64,000 nt of DNA from Podospora anserina (Eukaryota). The DNA lies in NCBI GenBank assembly GCA_017654855.1, contig CM030333.1, forward strand, positions 4,278,001-4,342,000. Reading direction: 5' to 3'. This document shows positions 48,560-60,800 of this stretch, one piece after another. The notes under the pieces were generated by a model. It was not told the origin of the DNA. It was given only the letters and a program-made list of their open reading frames with translations, and made no database searches. The position numbers and the translations under genes were made by a program. How positions within the stretch are numbered: position 1 is the first letter of the stretch; every line of letters begins with the position of its first letter.

Positions 48560-50890
48560 TCAGAAGTTGACGCCGGTGTATGGGCTTTGGACACTGCCAA
48601 AGCCTTGCGGACAAGCTCTTCCCAAGGCAGTGCTGCCACTCCTTATGTAGCAGATCTTCGCTGCTGCGCAAGCATCACTTGTACAGTTTGGACTCCTGAT
48701 ACTACTCTTCCCTTGGTAGGTGTTGAACAGACTGACCAGCCCTTTGTCCTTTTCCATAGCTTCTGTGACTCGATGCCAAAACGTGGCGTTTAGAGGTTCG
48801 CCCTCGGGCCAGTCTGCCGCTGGACTGTAGGCCTCGCGTGTAGAGTATTCGAGTTGGAAGACTGGCCCGGTACCATTGAGAGTAGTGAAGGTGTTGACGT
48901 CAGCGTAGTAAGTGTAGGCTTCGAATATTTCCCATGTGCCAGTGTCGACTTCGTACAGGCGGTAACCCGAGTTCAGGTTGGTTAACGGGGTCAATGAGGG
49001 GCCGGTCCATGCCGCAACAAGAGCACCATATGCTGTTTGTAAAGTTCCATTGTTACTGTAGAAAATGGAAACTTGATCTGGCAGGAATTGAAGTCAGTTT
49101 GGAGGCTCTTGTAGCAATATCAAGAATCAAATACGTGCCTTCATGGGTGTGACCGAAAAACACGTTAGCAATTACATGCGGAGAGTATCGCTCAATGATT
49201 TGATAGAAAGCATCCGACCCCCCAGGGAGAGCATTTTGGCCCTGCCAGCCGGTGGGCACATGGCCCATGATCCATACCCGTTGGCCTTCGTCCTCAGCTT
49301 TCTGAAGCTCTTCGACGAGAAAGGAGAAAATTCCCGAGTAGTCTGGGTTGTCAGCATGTAGAAATGCAAAATTATTGGCTTGGTACCAAAAATCGGTGTT
49401 GATTGTAATAATCCTCAAGCCCAGCGGATGGCCAATAGAGTAGCCGCCGTAATGCAAAGAAGCTTGGGTCTGAGTAGCATTGTCAATCCAACCATAGTGC
49501 TCCCAGAGCTTGGAGATATGATCGTAGTGCCAGGAGAACTGTTGGCCGAGAGGCCCGTTGCGGTCGATGGAATGAGGACTTTCGAGGTTGGTTGGGACTG
49601 AGTCGTGGTTCTGGATTTCGTGAGTAACTTGACCACCTTCACTAGAGATAAATGGAGGAGACAACATAAAAACTCACACCAAGTGCCACATAGATGGGCC
49701 CCCCGATGTATGCCTTGAACATTTGCCAAACGGACACCTCCGTGGAGTGTACATATTCTCTTCCGCTCACACTTTCTATTTCATGGGCAACCAAGTCGCC
49801 ACTGTACAAAGTAAACGCTGGTGGGTTCTCGATTGAAACACCAGTCAGGGGCTGAATGGATTGGAGCGCGGCAAGTGCTAGGTAGTAGGGAGAATCACAC
49901 TTGTAAGAACCAAAAAGTGGTGCCGGCTGATTGATAACAGCTTGAGTTGAGTTCAAGTTCGCAAAGTTGGTTGAGGAGATCCTGCAACACATCCCAGCAG
50001 TACAGTTTGCTTCAGAACCAGTTTTGTATCGGGTGTCCAGGTGAAGGTCCGACAGGTGCAGAACCTTGACTCTTTTCCCGCTCCTGGATGGTGTTTTGGT
50101 TTTTTCCGGCCTTGGTTTTGGAAAATGGACTTTATATGGAACGACTGTAGGTGGAGGGCAGAAAGTAGGACTCAGCCAGGCGCAGATATACTGTCCATCC
50201 AGTCCCGATACATTGGCAAAAGTCAACACCTGTGTCCATGGAGCGCCGTAAGTGGCGGCCTGGTATGTCTGCTCACACACAGTTGCTGTTTGAAATCCTG
50301 TCCCAATGCAAAGGGATATCATAACCTCAGGCAACCACGCAGGCGCAAATCTGGCCACGGTTTGACCGACCAACAGGGAAGCTGTGCATTTGGAGCAGTT
50401 GTCTGATGTGTTGGTTTCCAAGATGGCCCAGATTGAGTTGATGGCATCGTGGACTAGGGTGTTGGCATCTTTGTATGTCAGGTTGGCCAGAGCTGGGGGA
50501 TACAGAATTGGGTCCAGACCATGAGTCGGTGTCCTGTCTGGGTTTGTGAGGTTAAAAGGGAAGGTCACGTTTGACACCGGGTCAATAATCACGGGTTGAG
50601 GTTGACTGTCCGTGGTCGGCCCAGGGGTGACTGATATCAAGACAGTCAAGGTCAGCTTTCGAGGATCACCCGAGGGCGTATTTTTGTGACTACGAACCAT
50701 AGTAGTTCTGAAACACCGAAGTCGGAAAAGCAGCAGGTACGGTGAACGCAGATAGGAGACTCGGTTCGCCATCAGTGATACTCTGCGTAGATGACACAGT
50801 AGTCCCTGAAACAACCGAGCCAGGTGATGTCCAGGAGGGGGCCAAGAGAAGAAAGAGATGAGTGATTGGCCACATTTCCAACTTTAACAT
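48560..50890 (-). CDS. Secreted acid sphingomyelinase-like phosphodiesterase (exons 50890..50698, 50630..49678, 49610..49139, 49077..48560)
   Basis: Signal peptide; saposin-like Cys pattern; metallophosphoesterase motifs HLSDLHLD, SGDLVAH, LG|NHD, MGHVP, GHTHE|DQ; NSGYRLYEVD. Confidence 0.93.
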
Positions 50891-51822
50891 GAATCAAACC
50901 TTTTTTGGGTGTGAGGGGCATGACGCGAACTACATACATATCTGTGATCCCAAGTCCCTTTGCACAGGTGAGTGCTCGTGTAGCCTGGCTTGTGTGAACG
51001 GCTGGTTTCTGAGCGTTTGTCGTTACAGCCGAGTCTCAACGGCCAGAACTAGCTTCTTGCCGATGTTGCCTGTCTGCTGCCTGCTGCTTGATGAAGAGGT
51101 CATGGAATAATCTTCTCCGCAGTCTAAAGCTAAGATGTGATTCGGCCTGATAGGTAGACTCCTCTGATATCGTGGCTCAACAGAGCAGGCGGGCCATCTA
51201 CTCTTCATTGTCGACTGTCGACAGTCGGCCATCAATCTTCCAAGCCGCAAGGGAGCCACTGTAAGCTGGCGGGCAGGTGAAATTCTTGAGAAGACCTTGA
51301 ATTAACCTGACCCGCGAGGAGAGACCTATATGTTATCTACCTTGCAGCCCACAACCTTTTCCATTTCCGTTCTTTTGCCAGCACCATTTTCCGCCAGCAA
51401 ACAAGCAAGTAAGTAAACCAACCGGGGCCGGGGCCGGGCTTGCAAACAAAGAAATAGACTGACCAGCGCCGTGAGCGAACCCAGATATCCCAGCACCAAG
51501 AACCGCTTCGACGCGAAAACAAACGCTTGCAAACCCGCAACCAGAGACTTGCTTGGACGGCCCACAGCCAAGCGAAGCGCCTGAGCACGTGACCTCCCAG
51601 AGACCTCCCGGGCTAGGTAAGGCTGACCAATCAACGCGTGTACTCAATTGACAGGACCCTTGCCAAAGCGTGGCCAACTCGGTGCCAAAGGCCCGGCTGT
51701 CGCAGCCTTCCCAAATACCCAAGACAATCACCAAGGCGCTTGGTCGCCGGTCTGTAATACGAGTTCGCGTCCCGTCGCGGAAGCCCACTGGCAGCCTTGC
51801 CCATTCTGTCAAAAGGTTGCCA

Positions 51823-54800
51823 ATGCCTGCCAGAAGAAAGGCCAAGTCCAAACCGCCCAAAGCCAGACATCGCAAGGCCACACGCGATCCCACTCCTGAA
51901 GAGGAGTACCAAGTCCGCAGCATCCTCGACGAGAAGGTCGAGCGCGGCAAGCTCTTGTACTTGATAGACTGGGAGGATAGCCCCGAGGGGCTGACCTACG
52001 ATCCAACCTGGGTACTTGATGATTCCTGTGCTGTTTAGCTTGCCTGTCAAAGCTGCTTGTCTCGTTCAATTCCCTGGGGACGCGCTAACCGCCATGGGGT
52101 GTTTCCTCTTCTTAGGAGCCTGCCAAGCACGTAAACGAGGTAGCCATCAACGAGTGGGAGGCCGAGAAGAAGAAGAAGAAGAAGAAGCTCCTCGCTGGGG
52201 AAGGTCAGGAGAGCAGAAAGCGATCAGCAAGCTCTCTGCCCGAAGCCGCCGAGGACGAGAACGAGGAAGACGACGCGAGACCTTCGAAGAGGGCCAAGGG
52301 CGACGACTCGGGCTATACATCGCCAGAGCTAGAGCTTGGGGTTGAAGTTGATAATATTCCTGACAAGGCAGGGAGGCAGCTTGTACTGGATATTCATCTG
52401 CCGTCACAAGTGGATCCTAACGACTATCAGTTGTTTACAGCATCTCAGCTCTCGTCTCAAAACAGCAGTCAGCTCGATTCCACATCCCATACCGATAGCA
52501 ACGAGGCCTCATCTGGAAAGGTTCTCAACCAGCGAACCATACCTGATTCCCAAGCCACTGGCGAGTCGGAGCTCAGTTCAACGATCCCGGAGATTGTGCT
52601 GGCTAGCCAATCGCAAGGACGGAGAGTGGGTTCCCTCGAGCGTGAGGAGCAACAAGCGTTGGATTCTCAAGTCGCGAGCGAACAATCGCAGCAGGCAGAG
52701 TGTGAGCAGCAGGTCGAAGAGCACCAGCAGAAGGTGGGGCAGAGCCAGCAAGAAGAGCAACAGCGCAAGGAGCAACAAAAGTCCAGCCGGGAAGAAGAAC
52801 CTCAAGTATCGAACACGTTGGACCACGACGAGGGGACGATATCAGAGTCTCTGATACCATCGCGCCAACCTGATCCATCACATCAACCTGTCAACCACAA
52901 CACGCCACAGGCGTTTCGAGACGAGAATAACCATTCACAGAGCAGCTCCGTGTCGGGGTTCTTGACGCAGCCCGACTACCCTCACCTCAGCAACGACCCC
53001 TTTGGTGGAGTGGAGTCCGCTGTGGCTGAGGCTTACCAAGGCAGCGAAGTGAATCGAGATAGTCAAGTTGCGATTAGCCAACAACGCCGCACGCCTGCAC
53101 CCATCGAAAACTCCTCCATCCCAAGTGTGAGCAACGCGCCGCGAGCTGATTCACCACAGGTCACCTCACCAGAGATCTCGAGCTCCAGTTGGCAGTCGCA
53201 GCAAGCGCAGTTGGTAGATCCATTTGTGCCACTTTCGAGCCACTTGAACCAAATTCGAACTCAAAGCCAGGAGTCGAGCCAAAGGGTCGAAGAGTTCGTT
53301 CCCGAAACGGCGCAAAAAGAGAGGACTCTGGTTTCCAACAGCGAACACCACAAAACCCCCTGTCAGTGATACCCGCTTGGCCAGAGCCGCAAGTTCCGGT
53401 TCTGTTCCGCCGCGCAGTTCTACCTTCCCCACTACTCAATCTCTCCCTCAACGATCAGAAACTGAAACATTACGACCAGTCTCCAACAACATTCGAATCA
53501 AAATGGGGCCAACGCCGCCATCTGGCAAGCAGTCCGACGCTGTCGCAGATCTGAGATCAGCCCTACCAGACTGGATGCTGCATCCAGAACCTGAACCAGA
53601 ACCGCAGCCAGAGCCAGAGCCAGAGTTGGCAGTCCACCAGTCGCATAACCCAGAGCCTTCATTTCCAGTATCGGAAGAGGCTCAGTCGCAACCTCCACCA
53701 CCCCCACAACCTCAACAATCTTCATTTCCCGTTTCGGAAGAAGCCCAGTTGCAGCACACAGAGCCTGCAGTTCCAATGTCCGACATGACCCATTTACATC
53801 ACCCGCAGCCGTCAATCTTATCCGAGGCCGGTCCAGGTCCAGGTCCTTCTCCCCCCATTGCGGTACCAATATCAAGCCGGAGCCTTCCTCGGCGTGACGC
53901 AGTGGAAGAATTGCGAGAAGCCATCGGTCTTCACGATGGCAGTTTATTTGAGGCCCCACAAAGCCACTACCCTGAAGAAGCCCTCACGCTTTCTTCTACC
54001 GAGCTCCCTGTTATCGGCAGCCATCATCAGCACAACACCGAGATGGAGTATGAGAATTTACCAACGACAGTTGCTCCGTCGGATCTAACGACCTCTGTGG
54101 ATCTCTCACACGGTGTAGGCGAAGGCCCAGCCATGTCGAACCCTCTGTTCTCGGTTCACGATGTACAACCACTGGGGACCGCCGAGGTGGATTCCGATCA
54201 CGACGCGGCACACGACATCGATGAAAACTCTATTGAGCTTCGACAATTCGTGGTAACTCTACCCATGGCGGCCAACACCCGGTCGCTCTATGTCGATGTT
54301 ATTGCTCAAAACCTGCAGGCGATGACTGAGTTTGGCGATGTCTACTGCGAACCAGGCTTGCAAGCTCCGGACGATGCTCTGACGGCCAAGATTGATGCCT
54401 TTTTCAGGCGATTGAACGACCTGGTTGACCTCCCAGCATTCGACGACGACACATTCCATCAACTCAACTCTGAAGGCATGCTGAAGCATGCTATCAATTC
54501 CAACAGCAAGTTCTCCTTTGTCTATGAGTTTCTCAAGACGCTGCGGTGGCTCAACGACCGCATCTTAATCGTGGCACGCCCAGGAAGGACCCTGAAATAC
54601 CTTGAGGAAATCGTCGCACAAGAGGTTCCCTTGTCCCAGCTGAACAAGACGTATGCAGTCTTGAGTACCGAGTCGCCGGAGCACGTCAGCGAGGCGGCCA
54701 GGGTGATTGTGGCAGAAGCTGGCCAAGATCTTTCCAAGATTGGCGGGCAACTCGATGTCGTCATTCTCTTCGACCATGAAGCCAGGCAGGTCGACCTGCC

Positions 54801-56268
54801 TCCCAAGCTCAGTTGCGAATCGACAATATTCCTGTCCCTCGCCACCATTTGCTCTTTGGAGCACATTTTACTACAGCTCCGTGAAATGCCTTCGTATCCC
54901 GATATGTCACCTCTGGAGATCAGCAATGCGCTTTGCCAGGTGACCGCATTGCTGGTCAGGCATCTCAAGGACCCTGAATACGCACCTCCACCTCATGAGG
55001 TTGCCGCCGCATTTGCCAGCTTTCTGGAAAACCCCGAGAACGATATTGATTACGTGTCTCAACCCCTCCCAATCAGCGTGGACGAGATGTGGGAGTCACA
55101 ACCCCAAACTCAAGCTGATAATGGCGAGTTGGGTCGTCGGAAGCGTCCCTTGGATGATGACCAAGACATGATGTCGAAGCGTCGAAAGACCACGCGAGCT
55201 TCGTCCTCGGTGCCCATGTCTGAGCTGCTGAGAGACACTTTAGCGCGCCACCCTGTTAATAACGAGCGGTCGGCAGAGATGGCCGAAGTGCCGGTTGCCC
55301 AGTTGGAGGGTATGGCGTACCAAGTAAGGAAACTCCCCATGAGGCTATTTTGGAGACCTAAAACTAACTGGCATTTCCAGATATTCAAGCTTGAGAACCG
55401 GGTTGACGATCTCAGCACCGTGAACGCGAAGTTGCGTGCACATACTGATCCTCTAGAGAAGGAACTTGAGTCATGGAGAGGCACCCTCAACACGCTTCAC
55501 GTGAGATATACAGAAGCTCTCAACGACCGGTCCGACTTTGAGAAGGAATGCAAGCAGGCCAACAAGGTCGCGGCAGCAGCCACGGAGAAGCTCGAGAATG
55601 TCAAGGCCGAGGTCGCGTCGCTCAAGGAGCATAACAAGGCGCTTGAATTCAAGCTTGCCGAGGCCACACTGGCGATGGAACAGTCAACCGTCCCCGACAT
55701 TGCCCGGTTTGCCCAGCTCGAGAAGGAACTCGCCGAAACCAAAGCCAGGGCAGAAAAGGCTGAGAAGAAGGCTGCTGCCTTGTCAAACGAAGCCGACTTT
55801 GTCCGTCAGAATTACCAGAACGCCTCCAGTTATCAACAGGAGCAGAACCACGAGATGAAGAGGCTCAGGGAAGAGATTGCAGTTCTCACTACGCGGGCCA
55901 ACGAGAATATCGTCAAGATTCAGCAGATTCACGCAGCCAATGAGCTGGCTTATCATCAGCGTCAACTTGCCGAACTACAGGACATGGTCCGGGATCGCGA
56001 AAGGGAGCTGGATCTTTTGAGGACGGAGAATCAACAGCTCAAGAGCGGCCGCAGGGAAACGAGGGGAGGAAGCACCCCGCGCAGCCCGCGGATAGGCGCT
56101 ATGGGAGGGGTGATGCCCAGCCCGAGACCTGGAAGGGGTGGTGCTGGCAGCAGGGGGACTAGTCCTGCCGCTGCGGCGAGTTCGGATCCTGCCGTGCCTG
56201 GTATGGCCTACGCGCCGGCTGGGGCGAATGGGCGGCGGCATCACCTTCGCGAACACCTTCGCGATTAG
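51823..56268 (+). CDS. Chromodomain + HDA2/3-like domain + coiled-coil chromatin protein (exon 1 51823..52011, exon 2 from 52116, frame break ~53250-53370, intron 55324..55380)
   Basis: EYQVRSILDEKVERGKLLYLIDWE...PTW|EPAKHV...AINEWE chromodomain; VTLPMAAN...NSKFSFVYEFL...ILIVARPGRTLKYLE resembles HDAC class II complex subunit 2/3 fold; long heptad region; one reading-frame discontinuity. Confidence 0.75.
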
Positions 56269-57811
56269 AAGAGGAGGGTAAACGATATACGTTTGATGCC
56301 CCATATCGGTCTCTTGCCATTGCGGCAAGCTTATTCACCAGTCTGCGCTTATTTATCATACGGCCATCAGTTTTCAGTCGTCATCGGACAGGACGAATGG
56401 CACAACGGCAACGTGGAAGCTCAAGGATTGCTTGGTTTACTGTACATATTTGCGTGTTTAACTTGCATTTCGTGTAATTGGGATGGGGAGTTTTCGGGAT
56501 ACTGGGGAAAGCATTGTATTGGGGCAAAAGAGTATATACTCTGCCTCTTATTGTTCAGGCGCAGTTTACGCAGCATCAAAGGGGAAATGGAGCGCAATAA
56601 TCGAGTTTTATGTCGTTGGTCTCGGCTGTTTTGTTTTATTGGTTGCTGCATTTCTCGAGGAAAACTATCAAGGCAGATAAGGGAAGACTATACCGTTAGG
56701 ATGGTTAGGCATGAAAGTTGTGCTGGGTGCGTGCTCTGCCGGAGAGCTGTTTGAGTTTGAGGGCAGACATGTGGTGGTATTGTTTTGTTGCAAATGATTG
56801 ATTAGTTAACACCCGTGAGTAGTCGATACGTATTAGTGTTGGGGAATAAAAATGAGTGTGTGTTGAGTGAAACAATCGAAGTTGCTAGTTGTTGTGTCTG
56901 CCATTCCAGCTGATGATATGAGTGGCTTGTGTGATCCCAAGTAGAATGATTGAGTAAATCCAACGTGACACCACCACCATACTGGACAAATAATCATCAC
57001 TAAGACAGCTTGATTCGAAGCTGGTACTGGCATGAGGTTGTGGAAACCTTCGGTGTGGCTGAATGATGGCGTAACTGAAACATGGTCGTCTGAGTGTGCT
57101 AAAAGAACATGAGCGAGTGGCGTAAACGCCCATCTCTTGTGGTGGCATCAGCATCTCCTCCCAAATGTTGGAGAGAAATCCGATCTCTCCAAGTTCAGGG
57201 GTAAAGGGACGATGAGGGTTAGGGTTACACAACTGCTACAGCTACAACAACTGTAACATCTTGTCTCTGAATATCTTCTGATGTCCGAAAAATTCAGGCA
57301 ACAGTAGAATTTGAGGTACGATAGCTGTTCCAGTGCTTTCTTCCTTTCCTCGGGAGGTTTCTTTCACCCGCGTGGGCTTTCACCTGATTACAAAGCCAGG
57401 CAACCTGGTGGGCTTCCAGCGTCGTTGCTCCGAGGGCGGCGGGCGATAAGAGGGTGATAAGGCGCATTGCCTGCCGCTGAGACGCCCAACGTCACTGGCC
57501 TCGCCGCCTCATCTGCAGCCTGCAGCCTTGGTGTCTTTCTGGTCCCTCAAGGTGCAGCAGCTGAGCAAGCTCAAGCCCCTCCAAGGGCTCTATCGGTCAA
57601 CGAATTCCTAGGACTTTTCGATCTCTTTCCTTTAAGCTTTCGCCTTGTTTTCCTTTCGACTTTTACAGCTAGAGAAGAAGAAGAGAACACATTTCACGAT
57701 CGGATTCCTTATAATACAGTTTGTTTCCCTTCCGAGCACCCCAGTAATACAACCTTGTCGGCATCGGCCCCAGGACACCAATACCGATATTCCAACCGCT
57801 TTTGAAAAGCC

Positions 57812-60800
57812 ATGGATTACGCACGGCTTCGTGCGCAAGCCTTGAGCAATGGTGACGACGAAGAAGCGGTCACTGTCGATACCCGCGCCCTAATCGACAA
57901 GGTCTTGGCGAGATACTCTGGGGAGTGGACGACCCTCCGAGAGCTGATCCAGAACGCCGCCGATGCACAAGCTACCACAGTCAAGGTCAAGTTCGAGACA
58001 ATACCCTCGATCAGCGTCCCGCTTCCACAGACGACGAACCAGTCCGAGCTGCTTAAACATGCCGTCCAGAACCATACCCTCCGACGATTGGTGGTGCAGA
58101 ACGATGGCCAGCCGTTTACAAAGACAGACTGGGCGAGACTGAAGAGGATTGCGGAGGGAAACCCGGATGAGACCAAGATTGGCGCTTTTGGGGTTGGGTT
58201 CTACAGTGTCTTTGCCGACTGCGAGGAGCCATTTGTCAGCTCGGGGAGCGAGGCGATGGCGTTTTACTGGAAGGGGAACGCGCTGTTTACGAAGAAGTAT
58301 TCGCTGCCGCAGGAGCAGGTGACCAAGGACACGGCTTTTATTCTGGACTACAGGAATACGACGACGCCGCTGCCGAATTTGCTGTCGGTTAGCCAGTTCC
58401 TTGCTACCAGTTTGACGTTTGTTGCGTTGGACAGTGTGGAGTTTTGGATTGATGACTGGAGGATATTGTCACTTCAGAAGAAGTCGTCGCCAAGCTTGGG
58501 GGTTCCTATTCCGAGGGATTTGGAGACGAGAGCACAGGGGGGGCTTATGAAGCTGAAGGCGGCCGGCCGCACAAGCACACAGATTGATGGGACGTTTATG
58601 AGTGTTATCGGGTGGAAGCCCCAGGCGGTTGCGGCCAATAGGAACAATGAGCAGCATGTTTCTGAGATGCCCTCACTCAGGAGTTTCTTCTCGAAGCTTA
58701 CTTCGGCTACTTCCCAGGCGGCGGGACTGAGAGGAAAGGCTGCTAGGGAGGAGCAGGTTGTACAGGATTCCATTGCCGAGGATCTCACGGCTTTGTCGAC
58801 ATCGACCATTTTTCTTCGGGTTACTGCAGCTACGATCGAGACGAATGTTGGTGCCAACTTTTCTGCTGAGCTAGAGCGAGCTACCAAGAAACCGCCACCT
58901 AAGGAGACGAAGTTGTCGATTTTGACTTCGTCGTATGATGAGACTGTTGCGTCGGAGATGTCTGCCTCCAGCCAGGCTGCCAAGGTGGCCGATATCTTTG
59001 CGTCAGTTTTGCCTAGCAAGAAGCCGGGTGGTCGTGTCTTCATTGGTTTCCCAACTGCCCAGACGACTGGTGCTGGTATGCATATTTTTGCGCCCTCGGT
59101 TATCCCGACTGTCGAGCGCGAGGCTATCGATCTGAATGCTCGATGGGTACGGACATGGAATCAGGATATGTTGCGCGTGGCAGGCGTTCTTTCCCGTCTC
59201 GCTTTTATCAACGAGATGGCGGACCTGGATGAGAAGCTCAAGCGACTGTCTACCGACAACAAAAAGGGGCCACCGCTGGCTGATGTGGAGAAGTTCGCGC
59301 CAGAGGCTCTCCATATCCTCAAGACATACACCTTTTTGGACTCTACGCCTAGCGCTCAGGTGGGCGAGCTCATTGAAGAGGCTTTTTGGACTGCCTGGAA
59401 GCGTCCTACGATTGAGGTGTTTTCGTCGAGAGGTGTCCTGTCCACCTCCAAGGTCCGAAACTCGTCTGAGGTGGTCAGCAAGTTTGTTGGAGGAATTCCG
59501 GTTATTCTAAACTCGATGAAGAATGATCTGTTCATCAAAAAGTTGATCGAGTTTGAGCTGATCAAGGATGTCACCGTTGACGATATCTGTCAAGAGCTGG
59601 GCTCAAAGGCGATGGACAAGGACCAGCTTCGACATTTTATTCAGTGGATTTCGAATGCCGCTGCCGCTGTAGATTATTCTCAGCCCGACCTTAGACGACT
59701 CTTGGATGTTGCTGTCGCGACTGTTAGTGAGGGTGGTGACTCGGGTGAGATAGTCACACTGGGCACGATTTTGTTCTACCACAACAAGAACATTCCTGCG
59801 ACGCTCCCAGTGCCGCCGACTTGCTTGCCACATGCCTTTACGGCTGGTATTCCTGAGGTCAAGCTTCGCGCTCTCGGGTGGGAGCCTCTGGGGATTGTGC
59901 CGTGGCTTCGGTTTTTGATTGAATCTGCCGGACAAAAGGAGGAGCAGAATCTGATGAAGAATGCTTCGTTCGCGGTTCAGGTCTTGACGGTGCTTTCAAA
60001 GAGCTGGGATAACCTCAGCCCAAGCTCAAAGTCCTCGGTCGAGTCGGCGTTGCGGAACATCACGGTTATGCCGACCAAGATGGGCATGAAGAAGCCAAAC
60101 GAAGCTTTCTTTCCCTCTGTCAAGTTGTTTGATGATCTGCCAACGCTCGAGGGGTGTGCCAATGTCAAGGAGAAATTCCTCACGACCCTTGGAGTGAGAA
60201 AGACAGTTGATCTGGACACCATCTTCACGCGGCTGTTGAGTCCAACACCTACTTCTGCCGGAGGAGCCGCGCCACGATGGAGCCATATGGAACTTATTCG
60301 GTACCTTGCTTCGGTCGAAGCTGATATCCCTGCTGCTGACTTGAAGAAGCTGAGAGAGTCAGCTCTCTGCCCTGCCGAGGATGGACCTCGTGGCATGGAG
60401 CCCGCAAAGGGCACGTCACGTCTCTACAAGGTTTCTGAGCTATTCGAGCCAAAGGATACGCTCCGGGCTTTGCGGTTGCCTATTATCCAATGGCCCGGAC
60501 CTCCAGGTAGCTTCAGGGCCACCAGCAAAGAGGGGCGATTCCTCGCCACGCTTGGTCTGCGACCTTATCCTTCGGTTTCTGAGTTGGTGGACATGATGGC
60601 TTCAACAGACGAGGAGCTTCGGAGAAAATCTATGACCTACTTTATTCAGAACCACTCGGTCAATGGGTATGCTGTCTTTGACATCTCCAAGACTCCCAAG
60701 GCTATCCTCCCGATTGAGGGTGATGAGAAGGCGCTGGTTTCCCCATCGCAGTGCTTTGTCAATGAGCGGGCTTCTGTTCTTGGTCACAAGATCCTCCGGA

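Noticed and set aside
26539..50890. Apparent lipid-metabolism cluster (elongase, DAK, dolichol kinase, sphingomyelinase, HIBCH)
   Set aside because: Different pathways and compartments, interspersed with unrelated genes; no shared regulator or motif seen
57215..57228. GGGTTAGGGTTA telomere-like motif (also at ~1176)
   Set aside because: Only about two units; too short to call an interstitial telomere
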